A DNA stretch of 64,000 nt, from NCBI GenBank assembly GCA_043745805.1, contig JAYTSD010000008.1, positions 128,001 to 192,000 on the forward strand, read 5' to 3'. This document shows positions 48,236 to 57,868 of the stretch, in pieces. Numbering within the stretch: the first letter of the stretch is position 1; each line of letters opens with the position of its first letter. The stretch comes from Fibrobacteria bacterium (GTDB lineage: Bacteria > Fibrobacterota > Fibrobacteria > UBA11236). A program made the position numbers and the translations under genes. Under the pieces are notes generated by a model. That model made no database searches. It worked only from the letters and a program-made list of their open reading frames with translations, and had not been told where the DNA came from.

Positions 48236-50021
48236 ATGAACCTCCGTGACCAATATTTTCCAATACCACCGCTATGGCCAATTCTGGTGCATAGAGTGGC
48301 GCTACACCAATAAATAAAGCATGGGTTTTATCACCATGAGGATTTTCTGCTGATCCTGTTTTACCGCCCACAATAATATCCGTTACCTTTGCCCTACCCC
48401 CTGTACCCGAAGGCGAATTCACCACCATCTCCATGGCTTTCAAAATAGCTTCATGCTGTTCTTTAGTAATATGTAATTCAGAAGCGATTTCGGGTGTGTA
48501 GTGAAAATTATTTTTGCCGTCAGGAGAACGAATTTCTTTTATGAAATGGGGCTTATACAAAACTTTTCCGTTTCCTAATCCTGCAGCATAATTTGCCAAT
48601 TGCAAGGGTGTCGCAATTTGACCTTGACCTATAGATAAATTCAGCACTAAGCCGCGCGTCCAAGTCCAACCACGCTTTTTGTATTTACGGGTATAAGTTC
48701 CCGAATCGACCAATTCACCGGAACGCTCTTCATCGAGATCAATTCCAGTTTTGCGTCCAAAGCCAAATTCTTTAGCCACTTCATTAATAGGATTCATACC
48801 AATGGACAAGCCGAGTTGATAATAATAAGCATCACAGCTTTGCGTAAACGCATCAAAAAAATTTAAAGACCCATGTCCTTTGGGATTCCAACATCTCCAA
48901 AAGCGATTTCCAAAACGATATCCGCCCGAACAACCTCTTTGCATATGATCAGTGGGATGAAATCCCGAACGAAATCCTGCCAATGAAACAACCCCTTTAA
49001 AAGTTGAACCCGGTTCATATCCGCCAACCGTAGCGCGATTATTCAGCGGTCGATTAGGATCTAATGCAAGTTTTGCCCATTCTTTATTTCTCTGTTCTCG
49101 GGATAAAGAAAAAATATTGGAATTCATGCGCGGACTGGAAGCAATCACAATGACTTCGCCATTACGCGGATCAATTGCGACGATAGACCCTTTTACCGAA
49201 TCCGGTAATAAAGTTTCCGCAAAATTCTGTAATTCCATATCAATGGAGGTAACCAAATTACTACCTGGAATGGGGGTAACATGTGGCATATCGGCAAGCA
49301 CTTCTATTTCTTTCCCAAAAGCATTTACACGTACATAACGAATACCATCTTTACCCCTAAAATATTTTTCATAATGCCGCTCTAATCCTTTGCGGCCCAC
49401 CCTATCGCCTTTGGTATAGGCCAGACTATCGCCATTTTCTACTAAGTTTTGAATCTCGTCTTCTTTTACCTCATCCATGTATCCTAGGACATGCCCAGCA
49501 TTGGCGCCATTGGGGTATGAGCGACGTGACTCAACAACCGTTACTACTCCAGGTAAATCCATTTGATGTTCTTCAATCATCGCAACAAGTTCCGGTGCAG
49601 CGTCTTCATGAATAATCAGAGGTTGAAATTTTTTCCATTTCCCTCTTTGTAAAGTCCACTTTAACAAAGTGGAATCAAAAATCATTTTCCCAGTGCTATC
49701 CGTAAATCGTAAAAGATTATTATAAACCATTTTTGGATCTTTTAATTCTGTAGGAAGAATCGCGATTTGAATAGATGGTCGATTATGTGCCAACACTTTT
49801 CCATTGCGATCCAAAATCAACCCTCGTGGAGCACGCACTACTTGTAGGCGCATGCTATTTTGTTCCGAAAGTTTTTCGTGATAATCGCCTTGAATCACTT
49901 GTAAATGTATAAGCCTCGCAATGAGCAATAAAAGTGCAAAAGCAAAACCTACCGCACCATTCCGAAACATGGCATTTTTATAAAACTGATCGTCAAGAGG
50001 ATGCGGATTACGTAGACTCAT
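48156..50021 (-). CDS. mrdA: Penicillin-binding protein 2
   Basis: APRGLILDRNG, PGSTFK, SCD and KTG motifs; lies in the mre operon. Confidence 0.95.
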   Translation of the reverse strand: MSLRNPHPLDDQFYKNAMFRNGAVGFAFALLLLIARLIHLQVIQGDYHEKLSEQNSMRLQVVRAPRGLILDRNGKVLAHNRPSIQIAILPTELKDPKMVYNNLLRFTDSTGKMIFDSTLLKWTLQRGKWKKFQPLIIHEDAAPELVAMIEEHQMDLPGVVTVVESRRSYPNGANAGHVLGYMDEVKEDEIQNLVENGDSLAYTKGDRVGRKGLERHYEKYFRGKDGIRYVRVNAFGKEIEVLADMPHVTPIPGSNLVTSIDMELQNFAETLLPDSVKGSIVAIDPRNGEVIVIASSPRMNSNIFSLSREQRNKEWAKLALDPNRPLNNRATVGGYEPGSTFKGVVSLAGFRSGFHPTDHMQRGCSGGYRFGNRFWRCWNPKGHGSLNFFDAFTQSCDAYYYQLGLSIGMNPINEVAKEFGFGRKTGIDLDEERSGELVDSGTYTRKYKKRGWTWTRGLVLNLSIGQGQIATPLQLANYAAGLGNGKVLYKPHFIKEIRSPDGKNNFHYTPEIASELHITKEQHEAILKAMEMVVNSPSGTGGRAKVTDIIVGGKTGSAENPHGDKTHALFIGVAPLYAPELAIAVVLENIGHGGSFAAPIAGEVFKHYFQRQMVGQKQPVL

Positions 50022-50048
50022 AGCAGCATCTTAGCGATAGGCAAAATG

Positions 50049-50525
50049 CTAGGATTCATTTTTTGAACGCGGAATTAAAAAATAAAAAAACAATGCACCA
50101 AATAACAAAGTGTAAATTCCAGAAGGAAGAGAATAATTCAAAAAAAGATAAGCCATGTAAGCAGGCTTATAACCCGCTGCAAAATCATAAATAAAATCAT
50201 GTATAAAAAAAGCACCTGCTAAAAAGAAAACTTTAGTCGCAGGCATTATTTTTAGTACTCGCTCATCAAGCAATCCAACACCATATCCAACTAAACACTT
50301 CGCTAAGGCATTTACTCCTAATGTTTCTACCGCATAAACATCTTGTACCAGTCCAATTAAAAAACCGCAGAATAAACCCACCACCGAGCCATAACGCAAT
50401 GAAATTGCGACCAAGCAAATCAATAATATATCCGGGCGTACATCACCAATAGAAATGATTCTGACCACGGTTTGCTGCAAAATTAATGCCGCTATCATCA
50501 GACCAAAACCCTTAAGAAAATTCAT
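50049..50525 (-). CDS. mreD: Rod shape-determining protein MreD
   Basis: PDILL..., F..GL.QD pattern; hydrophobic; synteny. Confidence 0.88.
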   Translation of the reverse strand: MNFLKGFGLMIAALILQQTVVRIISIGDVRPDILLICLVAISLRYGSVVGLFCGFLIGLVQDVYAVETLGVNALAKCLVGYGVGLLDERVLKIMPATKVFFLAGAFFIHDFIYDFAAGYKPAYMAYLFLNYSLPSGIYTLLFGALFFYFLIPRSKNES

Positions 50526-51340
50526 GGGTCTTTCCTTATCATCCAACTATCTTCTTTGATTAATACAAATACGTCTTCTACACGATTTGGATTTTGAAAT
50601 AAGCGCACATTTACGCTATGCACAATATCTTCCATTTGTTGTATAGGCAATGAATCGGCAGTTACAATACCTACCAATAATCCTTTGGGGAAAACACCAC
50701 CCATTCCCGAAGTGATAAGTGTATCCCCACTCAAAATTTCGGCATCAATGGGAAACCGTCCAATTGCTTTTCCTGAAGCGCCACTTTCAACGAATCCTTT
50801 AATGCGACTTCGATCACAAATAACAGATACCTTGAAATTAGGATCCGATATTAGTTGCACAAGACTATGATGGACGTAGCTTTTAACAACCTTCCCTACA
50901 ATGCCTGCCGAAGTTAATACGGGCATATTAATATTTACAGAATCCGCTAGTCCGATATTAATTACATAAGTGGAAACAAATCGATTGGCTTCTTCTGCGC
51001 TAATTTGTGCCATTTTCAATTTTAAATTTGCGGTATTTTCAAAACTATCCATCGCCATTAAACGAGGTATACGTCTTAAAGCTTGACGAAGATAATCATT
51101 CTCCAAACGCAATACAGTATTAGTTTGTTTAAGATGTTTGTTTTCATCAAAAATAAACAAGGTATGATCTAAGCGCGAAAGAATGGCTTGAGCAGGATAA
51201 AGAAAAGTACTAATGGCTACTTCGTGAAAGGTATGTTTTTCTTTGGGCTTAAGGGAAATAAGCAGTATACAAAGGAAAAGACAAATGCCAAGGGAAAAAA
51301 TTCCTTTAGCAAAAGTGAGAATTCTAATGAGCCAATCCAA
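50522..51340 (-). CDS. mreC: Rod shape-determining protein MreC
   Basis: TM plus coiled coil, GIVGKV and TSGMGGVFPKGL.VG motifs. Confidence 0.92.
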   Translation of the reverse strand: MDWLIRILTFAKGIFSLGICLFLCILLISLKPKEKHTFHEVAISTFLYPAQAILSRLDHTLFIFDENKHLKQTNTVLRLENDYLRQALRRIPRLMAMDSFENTANLKLKMAQISAEEANRFVSTYVINIGLADSVNINMPVLTSAGIVGKVVKSYVHHSLVQLISDPNFKVSVICDRSRIKGFVESGASGKAIGRFPIDAEILSGDTLITSGMGGVFPKGLLVGIVTADSLPIQQMEDIVHSVNVRLFQNPNRVEDVFVLIKEDSWMIRKDP

Positions 51341-51373
51341 GGTAATCCTGCAAGCCCCGTTTCGGGAAAAAAT

Positions 51374-52396
51374 CTATCGATTGGAATCCATAAGTACTTT
51401 ATAGTATTTATCCATGTCTTCTAATATGCGCGCGGTTCCTTTACATACACACACTAATGGATCATCAATTACGTTTACCGATAAATTCGTAGCTTGACGC
51501 AAGAGTTGATCGAGACCACGCAACTGAGCGCCCCCACCGGTCATCACTATACCTTTATCTAAAATATCAGCTGACAATTCAGGTGGAGTTTGTTCTAAAG
51601 CCCTCTTCACCGCTTCCACAATCGCATTTACAGGCTCAGCTAAAGCCTCGCGAATTTGCACAGAAGAAATTTTTAAGGTATGTGGAATACCCTCTTTTAA
51701 GTCACGTCCTTTGACTTCCATCTCTAATTCTTTTTCTAGTGGAAAAGCAGAACCTATTTGCATTTTAATGCGTTCAGCCATACCTTCACCCACAAGAAGA
51801 TTGTGATTCTTTTTCAAATAACTGATGATGGCTTCGTCCATTTCATCGCCACCAATTCGAATGGACGCATCGCATACAATGCCATATAAAGCAATGACCG
51901 CAATTTCGGAAGTGCCTCCACCAATATCAATAATCATATTTCCACTGGGATCTTCAACGGGAATTCCCATTCCGATCGCAGCGGCCATAGGTTCGGCTAC
52001 TAAATGTACTTCGCGCGCGCCTGCTTTTTGTGCGGACTCAAGTACAGCACGTTTTTCTACTTCGGTAATTCCACTTGGGACACCAATAACTATGCGTGGA
52101 CGCAAAAAGAAAAGTGGATACTTTTGTGCGGTACGTATCAAGCGTGTTAACAAGCTTTCTACCAGCTGAAAATCAGCTATTACGCCATCCTTCATAGGAC
52201 GCACGGCGATGATTTCACCAGGAGTTCTACCTAACATTCGTTTGGCTTCGGAGCCAATAGCCACTACTTTATTCGTACGACGTTCCACCGCTACCACGGA
52301 GGGCTCATTAATAACTATACCGCGGCCACTCACGTGAACAAGGGTATTCGCCGTTCCTAAATCAATACCGATATCGCTGGATAAAAAACCGAACAA
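51374..52396 (-). CDS. mreB: Rod shape-determining protein MreB
   Basis: DLGTANT, EPSVVA, EPMAAAIG, DIGGGT and TGGG motifs. Confidence 0.97.
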   Translation of the reverse strand: MFGFLSSDIGIDLGTANTLVHVSGRGIVINEPSVVAVERRTNKVVAIGSEAKRMLGRTPGEIIAVRPMKDGVIADFQLVESLLTRLIRTAQKYPLFFLRPRIVIGVPSGITEVEKRAVLESAQKAGAREVHLVAEPMAAAIGMGIPVEDPSGNMIIDIGGGTSEIAVIALYGIVCDASIRIGGDEMDEAIISYLKKNHNLLVGEGMAERIKMQIGSAFPLEKELEMEVKGRDLKEGIPHTLKISSVQIREALAEPVNAIVEAVKRALEQTPPELSADILDKGIVMTGGGAQLRGLDQLLRQATNLSVNVIDDPLVCVCKGTARILEDMDKYYKVLMDSNR

Positions 52397-52458
52397 ATTA
52401 AACCCGTATTTTAAAAGTGAATTTTTTAAAGGTGTAAATTTTACCGATAAAATAGAAA

Positions 52459-52845
52459 TTAATGGTTAGCCGCGCCACTATATTTTTCAGGAATATGGCG
52501 CAGCTCCACCTCATAGCGATCCCAAACATGTGAGCTAGTTTTATAGCGATATTTACGAACCTGACATAAATCTAAGTCATCGATATAAAAGAAAATTAAG
52601 GCCGCATAGGCCTGATAAACTCTAGCAGTATCTCCCTGAAATTCTTTAAACTCGTCTATTACAAAATGAGGATTAGCAGACAAGGCTGAGGTTTTACCAT
52701 TGACTTTTATTTCATTCAAAATATCTTGTAAATCATTTTTTCCAATGTCCTCTAACCTCGAGTGCAGTTCACCTGGAGAAGAGGTACAACTTAGTACAAG
52801 GAAAAATACAGTGGCTAAAAATCCAACTCTACTCGACAAAGGCAA
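52459..52845 (-). CDS. Hypothetical lipoprotein
   Basis: Lipobox VLSC after a hydrophobic stretch. Start reassigned to TTG 52845. Confidence 0.55.
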   Translation of the reverse strand: MPLSSRVGFLATVFFLVLSCTSSPGELHSRLEDIGKNDLQDILNEIKVNGKTSALSANPHFVIDEFKEFQGDTARVYQAYAALIFFYIDDLDLCQVRKYRYKTSSHVWDRYEVELRHIPEKYSGAANH

Positions 52846-52852
52846 AAGATAT

Positions 52853-54133
52853 TTAGAAAGAATAAGTAGCCGAAATTCTTGAAATGATGTGATGCTTAGG
52901 TCCAGAAAAAAGATTTCCAAAAGTATAAAGTATATCCTCTGATAAACTTGCATCTACTTTTAATTTTTCCTCTACGTTTATACCTATACCAAATCCCACA
53001 TGATCATCGGTCAGGCCGTCGGAACTAGGATTGGTATATAGATAGCCAAAAGATTTATCCCCCGTATTACCCGAACCTTCGCGATAGGAAATTTCTTTTT
53101 GTCCGCCCACACGCAATACTAACCAATCCCACCAAATATTTCTTTCGATACCAAAAGAAACCAAGGTTCCCCGATTATCTTCTTTAAAGGATCGATTATC
53201 ATTAGAGGAATAAGTCATTTTGCCATTTTGCATACTCATACCGGTTTTTTTATCTTCCTCAAACAATCCTTGTACACCAAGCCAAAAGAAGCCTCGATCT
53301 AAGGATACATTTACCCCTAAGCCAAAATGAAGTTTATTCATTGCATGCCCTGGCGTTTGTATGGCATTAAAACTAAAGGTAGGAACCAACTCTCCATTGA
53401 TTATTTCCAAAGTCGAAAAAGCACGTCCTCGCACAAAATAAGACCATTCCGCATCAATGTTCGTAGGGCCATAACCTATCCAAGCTGTTCCAAAGGATAG
53501 TTCACCGTCTATATTGCGTGCCAAAGGCCAATTCATGCCTAAATCAGCCTTCATAATTTGTGCGTTAATGTCACCGTCAGGTTCACCAACTTTTTTGCCA
53601 TTTTGAAAATTAGCACCGGATTGATTAGCAATGTAAATGTGAGATCCTAGCATCCCCCCATTTGATAAAGTCAGTCCTAAAAATCCATCAAAATTTGTTA
53701 CGGGTTCTGGAACAGGCTTATGATCGGCACTATCAGGAAGTAAACTAAAAAGCTCTTCGTCTTTACGATTAAAAGCCCCACCAATACTAACACGCGGATA
53801 AAGATTTCCTCCATCCGATTTTTTAGCTAAGGAATATGAAAATATTCCTCCAAACCATGGATTTAACGGGTCTTGATTAGTGGCTTTTGTGCTTGCAGAA
53901 TCGGAAACTCCAGAAATAGGTTCATGATAGGTCCCTAATTCCCCAATTAAAAAATTTGGAAAAATATTCATGTTTGCAGGATTATCGAAAATACTTACAT
54001 CATCCATGAAAAATACTGCCGATTTGCCCATAGATTCAACTCGGGAATAGGTTGCAAAGGCAGGTGAAGTGAAAACACTTCCAAGACTTAAGCATAGGCC
54101 AATTTTCATAAATTTTTTGGTATTGTTCTGCAT
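52853..54133 (-). CDS. Outer-membrane beta-barrel protein (FadL/PorV-like N-terminus)
   Basis: Signal peptide, R..SMG...DD.S...NPA pattern, beta strands, C-terminal YSF. Confidence 0.7.
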   Translation of the reverse strand: MQNNTKKFMKIGLCLSLGSVFTSPAFATYSRVESMGKSAVFFMDDVSIFDNPANMNIFPNFLIGELGTYHEPISGVSDSASTKATNQDPLNPWFGGIFSYSLAKKSDGGNLYPRVSIGGAFNRKDEELFSLLPDSADHKPVPEPVTNFDGFLGLTLSNGGMLGSHIYIANQSGANFQNGKKVGEPDGDINAQIMKADLGMNWPLARNIDGELSFGTAWIGYGPTNIDAEWSYFVRGRAFSTLEIINGELVPTFSFNAIQTPGHAMNKLHFGLGVNVSLDRGFFWLGVQGLFEEDKKTGMSMQNGKMTYSSNDNRSFKEDNRGTLVSFGIERNIWWDWLVLRVGGQKEISYREGSGNTGDKSFGYLYTNPSSDGLTDDHVGFGIGINVEEKLKVDASLSEDILYTFGNLFSGPKHHIISRISATYSF

Positions 54134-54225
54134 ATAATCACTGCTCCAGTCACCACTCGTAAAAACGATTTATTTGTCTTAAACATAGCCCTAATCTTAA
54201 CAATGCTCAATCCTTTAAAATAGAG

Positions 54226-54266
54226 AAAAATAAAAAGGGAGCTGATGCAAAAACATCGACTCCCTT
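54226..54266 (-). terminator. Rho-independent terminator after the motor cluster and duplicate domain
   Basis: Minus strand AAGGGAGTCGATG-ttttg-CATCAGCTCCCTTTTTATTTTT. Confidence 0.65.
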
Positions 54267-54287
54267 AAAATAGAGGAAAGAATTTAA

Positions 54288-54584
54288 TTACTCTGAAAAT
54301 GTAAAGGGAACGGTTGTCTTATCATTCCCTTTTAAATTAGTATTGTCAAATTTCCAAGACATGATTTGATTTAGTATGTCGCAGTCAAAATCCGAAATAC
54401 CGATAGTCGAGCCTACAATTTCCAAATCAATAATAGATCCCGAAGGGGCAATGGTGAACTCTAGGGTTACTTTTCCTTTTAATCCGGGATGGGATTTCAA
54501 ATATTTATTGTACGTAAATCTTAAGCCTGGGGTATGAGTACGAATCACTCTCAAAATAGATTCCGTGGAACGAGAATCACTTTC
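54288..54584 (-). pseudogene. Stand-alone or truncated duplicate of the AgmX/PglI (TonB-C-like) C-terminal domain of the upstream gene
   Basis: 98 codons align without gaps to the last 98 codons of 54674..55618. An in-frame TAA at 54585-54587 precedes the homology. Possible TTG start at 54554. Confidence 0.7.
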
Positions 54585-54623
54585 TTAGTGGCTAAATAAT
54601 CAGGAATCACGGTTCCTAAACTT

Positions 54624-54658
54624 TACCTATATCAACTAATATACAGTTGATATAGGTA
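54624..54658. repeat. Perfect 14-bp inverted repeat
   Basis: TACCTATATCAACT-7 nt-AGTTGATATAGGTA. Confidence 0.75.
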
Positions 54659-54673
54659 TAGAACTATTGTTTT

Positions 54674-55618
54674 TTATTCAGAGAATGTGAAAGGTACGGT
54701 AACCTTATCATTCGCTTTGCTTTTAACCGATTCAAATTTCCAAGATTTTATTTGATCTCGTATTTCCGAATCAAAATCAGATACACCGGTTGTGGAGGCA
54801 ACTACGACTAATTCAATAATAGATCCCGAAGGAGCAATAGTGAATTTCATTGTAACTTTACCCTTAAATCCAGGATTAGTTTTTAAATACTTGTTATAAG
54901 TATGTCGCAAGCCAGGTGTATGTGTACGGATGACTCGCAAAATGGATTCCGTGGAACGAGCACCACTTTCCTGTCCCATATCAATATCGGATGCCGAAGG
55001 CGCTTTTAGCCCAGCTCCCCCACGAGCAGAAACACCCACGGGACCGCCGCCGCCGCCTAATAAACCATCGAGATCAATACCACCCGAACCCCCTGCACCA
55101 TAACCTTCATTGAAACCAGCATCAGCTCTGCCTTTGCGTGCCCCAATTTTAGTTTGACCTGTTGTAGTAAGGCTAGACACGTTATTAATAACCTTATCGA
55201 TATCCTTTGCGAACTTCTGATTTAAAAGATCATAAGCAGAAAGAGAATGAGAAGAAGATTTTGAAGTAATTAATTTTAATGCGGCTTGTGTAGCAGGTGC
55301 ATTAGGTATTCCGCGTCCTTTAGGAGGGCCACCACCACCACTTCGTTTCCGAACTTTAGGAGGAGTATTCTTCTTTTTCTTTTCTTCTTCCTTTTTCTTT
55401 TCAATGTCATTTACTTTAAGAACAACCTTGGTATCTTTATTTCCATCAACCGTAGTTAAGGCAAGTGGTATGATTACTTCAACAGTAAGCATATAGCTAA
55501 TCAAGCCTGCACCCATTATTGCAAAAGCCATTAAGAAGTTTCTTAATCTTTTATCATTCTCGACTGCCAAGCTTTCGAGAACTGTATCTTCTTCTGGTCT
55601 GCTATTTTGATTACTCAT
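54674..55618 (-). CDS. TonB-like energy transducer with AgmX/PglI C-terminal domain (GltG-like)
   Basis: Single TM, Lys/Pro/Gly-rich linker, C-terminal Y...L..NP...GKV..KFTI...G....W.F......VPF.F pattern. Confidence 0.82.
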   Translation of the reverse strand: MSNQNSRPEEDTVLESLAVENDKRLRNFLMAFAIMGAGLISYMLTVEVIIPLALTTVDGNKDTKVVLKVNDIEKKKEEEKKKKNTPPKVRKRSGGGGPPKGRGIPNAPATQAALKLITSKSSSHSLSAYDLLNQKFAKDIDKVINNVSSLTTTGQTKIGARKGRADAGFNEGYGAGGSGGIDLDGLLGGGGGPVGVSARGGAGLKAPSASDIDMGQESGARSTESILRVIRTHTPGLRHTYNKYLKTNPGFKGKVTMKFTIAPSGSIIELVVVASTTGVSDFDSEIRDQIKSWKFESVKSKANDKVTVPFTFSE

Positions 55619-55619
55619 T

Positions 55620-56108
55620 TTAGCCTTCCTCGCCTTTGCGGGTTACCAAGAATTTAATATTGTTATAGCCAGCAAAACCACAAGTAGCCATCACCTTGGT
55701 AATGACATCGTACTCGGTATTCTTATCAAACTGAACAACAACTTTACCTGTCGCTTCCTTGATAATGCCCATCATTTCAGCTTTTCGCTCTTGTTCACGC
55801 TTTTTCACTAATATTTCTAACATCGGCTGTATAATCAGGCTATCCTGCTTACGAACCTTGTCCATTTCAATCAATTCATGATCATCCACTGAAATAGATT
55901 TGGGGTCACCAATAATTGTTAGTGATACTTCGGTTGGCGATTTTGAAGTCGCTGAAACGGGAAGAATTAAATTATCTGCAGAAGTGATTAAATTTCCTTC
56001 TGAAGAAACCGAACGCAATAAAAACACTAAAACAATAACGAATACATCAATTAAGGACGTAATGATAAGTCCAGCTTCATGCTGCCTTTTTATTTTTCTA
56101 CGGCCCAT
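55620..56108 (-). CDS. ExbD/TolR-family protein (AglQ/AglS-like)
   Basis: TM ITSLIDVFVIVLVFLL with the conserved Asp; DK...Y..I.KVM.TC..AGY pattern. Confidence 0.88.
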   Translation of the reverse strand: MGRRKIKRQHEAGLIITSLIDVFVIVLVFLLRSVSSEGNLITSADNLILPVSATSKSPTEVSLTIIGDPKSISVDDHELIEMDKVRKQDSLIIQPMLEILVKKREQERKAEMMGIIKEATGKVVVQFDKNTEYDVITKVMATCGFAGYNNIKFLVTRKGEEG

Positions 56109-56109
56109 T

Positions 56110-56919
56110 TTAAACTCCTTCGCCAACTAAGGATAATGCTACGCGATCGAATCCGGCCGCTTTGCATGCATCCATAAGTTGAATGATTTTGTCGTAAATT
56201 ATTCCTTCACCCGCAAGAATCACTACATCATCTGCATCAGGAGGTACTGGATCAAGGTTGCTATATATCAAATGAACTTTTTCCAATTGCTTGGCGACTT
56301 CCTGATATGCAGATAATTTTGTTACCTGTAAAAATGAAGCAGTTTTACCGTCCATTTTACGTATAACTTGGTCACCCACAAAACGATAAGGAGCACCAAC
56401 GGTTGGAACAGTGGTAAACCAGTTTCCAGCGGTGTCCAGTAATGCATTACCAGTTAAATCGAGAGCGGCCATTACAAAGGTACCGGGATCATTCGTGTCT
56501 TTTTTAGCAACAGTATTTAAGTAAATAGTTTCTTTTTCATGTGGTGACATGATTTTACCATCGGTAGGTGATTTTACCGATTCGCCCTTAAGATAAACCT
56601 TACGGAATACATTCTTATCGGAACGAGAGCGATATTCAACTTCTTCTTGGTAAAAGATGGTAGGTTTAAAGCCACCAGCAGCCCCAATTACTATGGAATT
56701 ATCAGTAATCACTACAGTTAAATTAAGAAGCCCTTCATCCGGTGGCGGCTGAGCAGTTTCAACTCGGTCTGTTCGCTCTGGTAACCAGAGCTCCAGAACC
56801 CCGAGCTTTTCAAAGGTAGCCATTGAAATAACCACCGTCACAAGGATGGAGAATAGATTCATCACAGGGATGAGATCTAGCTCCTTCGGTTTTGTTTTCT
56901 TTACGGAACCTTTATTCAT
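56110..56919 (-). CDS. ExbD/TolR-family protein with large insertion
   Basis: ELDLIPVMNLF TM; C-terminal Y..II.LMD....AGF..VAL; 269 aa. Confidence 0.82.
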   Translation of the reverse strand: MNKGSVKKTKPKELDLIPVMNLFSILVTVVISMATFEKLGVLELWLPERTDRVETAQPPPDEGLLNLTVVITDNSIVIGAAGGFKPTIFYQEEVEYRSRSDKNVFRKVYLKGESVKSPTDGKIMSPHEKETIYLNTVAKKDTNDPGTFVMAALDLTGNALLDTAGNWFTTVPTVGAPYRFVGDQVIRKMDGKTASFLQVTKLSAYQEVAKQLEKVHLIYSNLDPVPPDADDVVILAGEGIIYDKIIQLMDACKAAGFDRVALSLVGEGV

Positions 56920-56949
56920 TTCTTTTCCAATCTTTTATTGGCTAAGGTC

Positions 56950-57561
56950 TTAGAGTAAATTCATTACTTTAACGGCTTTTTCTTCCATTTCTTCTTGCAA
57001 GCGTTCGCTTTGCATAGAGAGCAAGCCATGTAAGAACAAAATGGGAATAGCTACTGATAAACCAGTCCAAGTATTAACCATAACGATGGCGATACCATTA
57101 GCCAAAGCTTGAGGACGTTGAGCTGCTGGTAAGTTAGCTACTGCATCAAAAGCCACAATAAGACCGAAAATTGTTCCTAATAATCCACATAACATGGCAA
57201 TATTTGCTAAGGAAGGCAATAAATTGAGATAGCGATTTATGCGAGGAGCTTCAGTTAAATAAACTTCATCTACGGCTTTTTCGATAGCGCCTTGGCCTTT
57301 AGCTTTGTTTTGTAATACGGCGGAGATAATGCGAGCTAAGGGAAAGTTTTGGCCAGCAGCCAACTGTCCAGCTTCAGCAACGCGCCCTGTTTGCAAAAGT
57401 TGAGCAACATTGCGCATGAAATTTGCACGCCCACTCGAACATTTAATAAAAATGTAGAAGAAGCGTTCAGCTATTATCGCCAAAGCAACAATCCCTAAAC
57501 AAATAAGGATTGTCATATAAACTTTTCCTTCACCTTGAAAGCCTTTTAAAATTAGTTCCAT
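56950..57561 (-). CDS. MotA/TolQ/ExbB proton channel (AglR-like)
   Basis: ERF, GLLGTIFGLI.AF and GI...NT..GL.VAIP motifs. Confidence 0.9.
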   Translation of the reverse strand: MELILKGFQGEGKVYMTILICLGIVALAIIAERFFYIFIKCSSGRANFMRNVAQLLQTGRVAEAGQLAAGQNFPLARIISAVLQNKAKGQGAIEKAVDEVYLTEAPRINRYLNLLPSLANIAMLCGLLGTIFGLIVAFDAVANLPAAQRPQALANGIAIVMVNTWTGLSVAIPILFLHGLLSMQSERLQEEMEEKAVKVMNLL

Positions 57562-57868
57562 TAGGATACCCTCTCTAGTCTGTGTTTAGTGGTTAGTTAA
57601 GTTTCAGAACTCGTTACCGAGTTAAGTTCATTATGAGGTTTTTTCAAACCATCAGTCCGTGTTATTCCTCAAGTAAGATAATCTCAGTGCAAATATTTCG
57701 CACAGAGTTTTTAAAATATTATTACGCCGAAATACATTTTTTTAAAGGTTGCCGTAACAATATTTGCAAAACATACAAATGCATCCATTTTTCTCATGCT
57801 GGATGCAGCCCTGCCCTTATAGGTTTTTTCGATTCGCATTTTATTGCTTTTTATTTATTTTCTTTTGG

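Noticed and set aside
54288-54970. Duplicate domain as a diversity-generating retroelement TR/VR pair
   Set aside because: Mismatches involve all four bases and are largely synonymous rather than adenine-specific. No reverse transcriptase is in the window.
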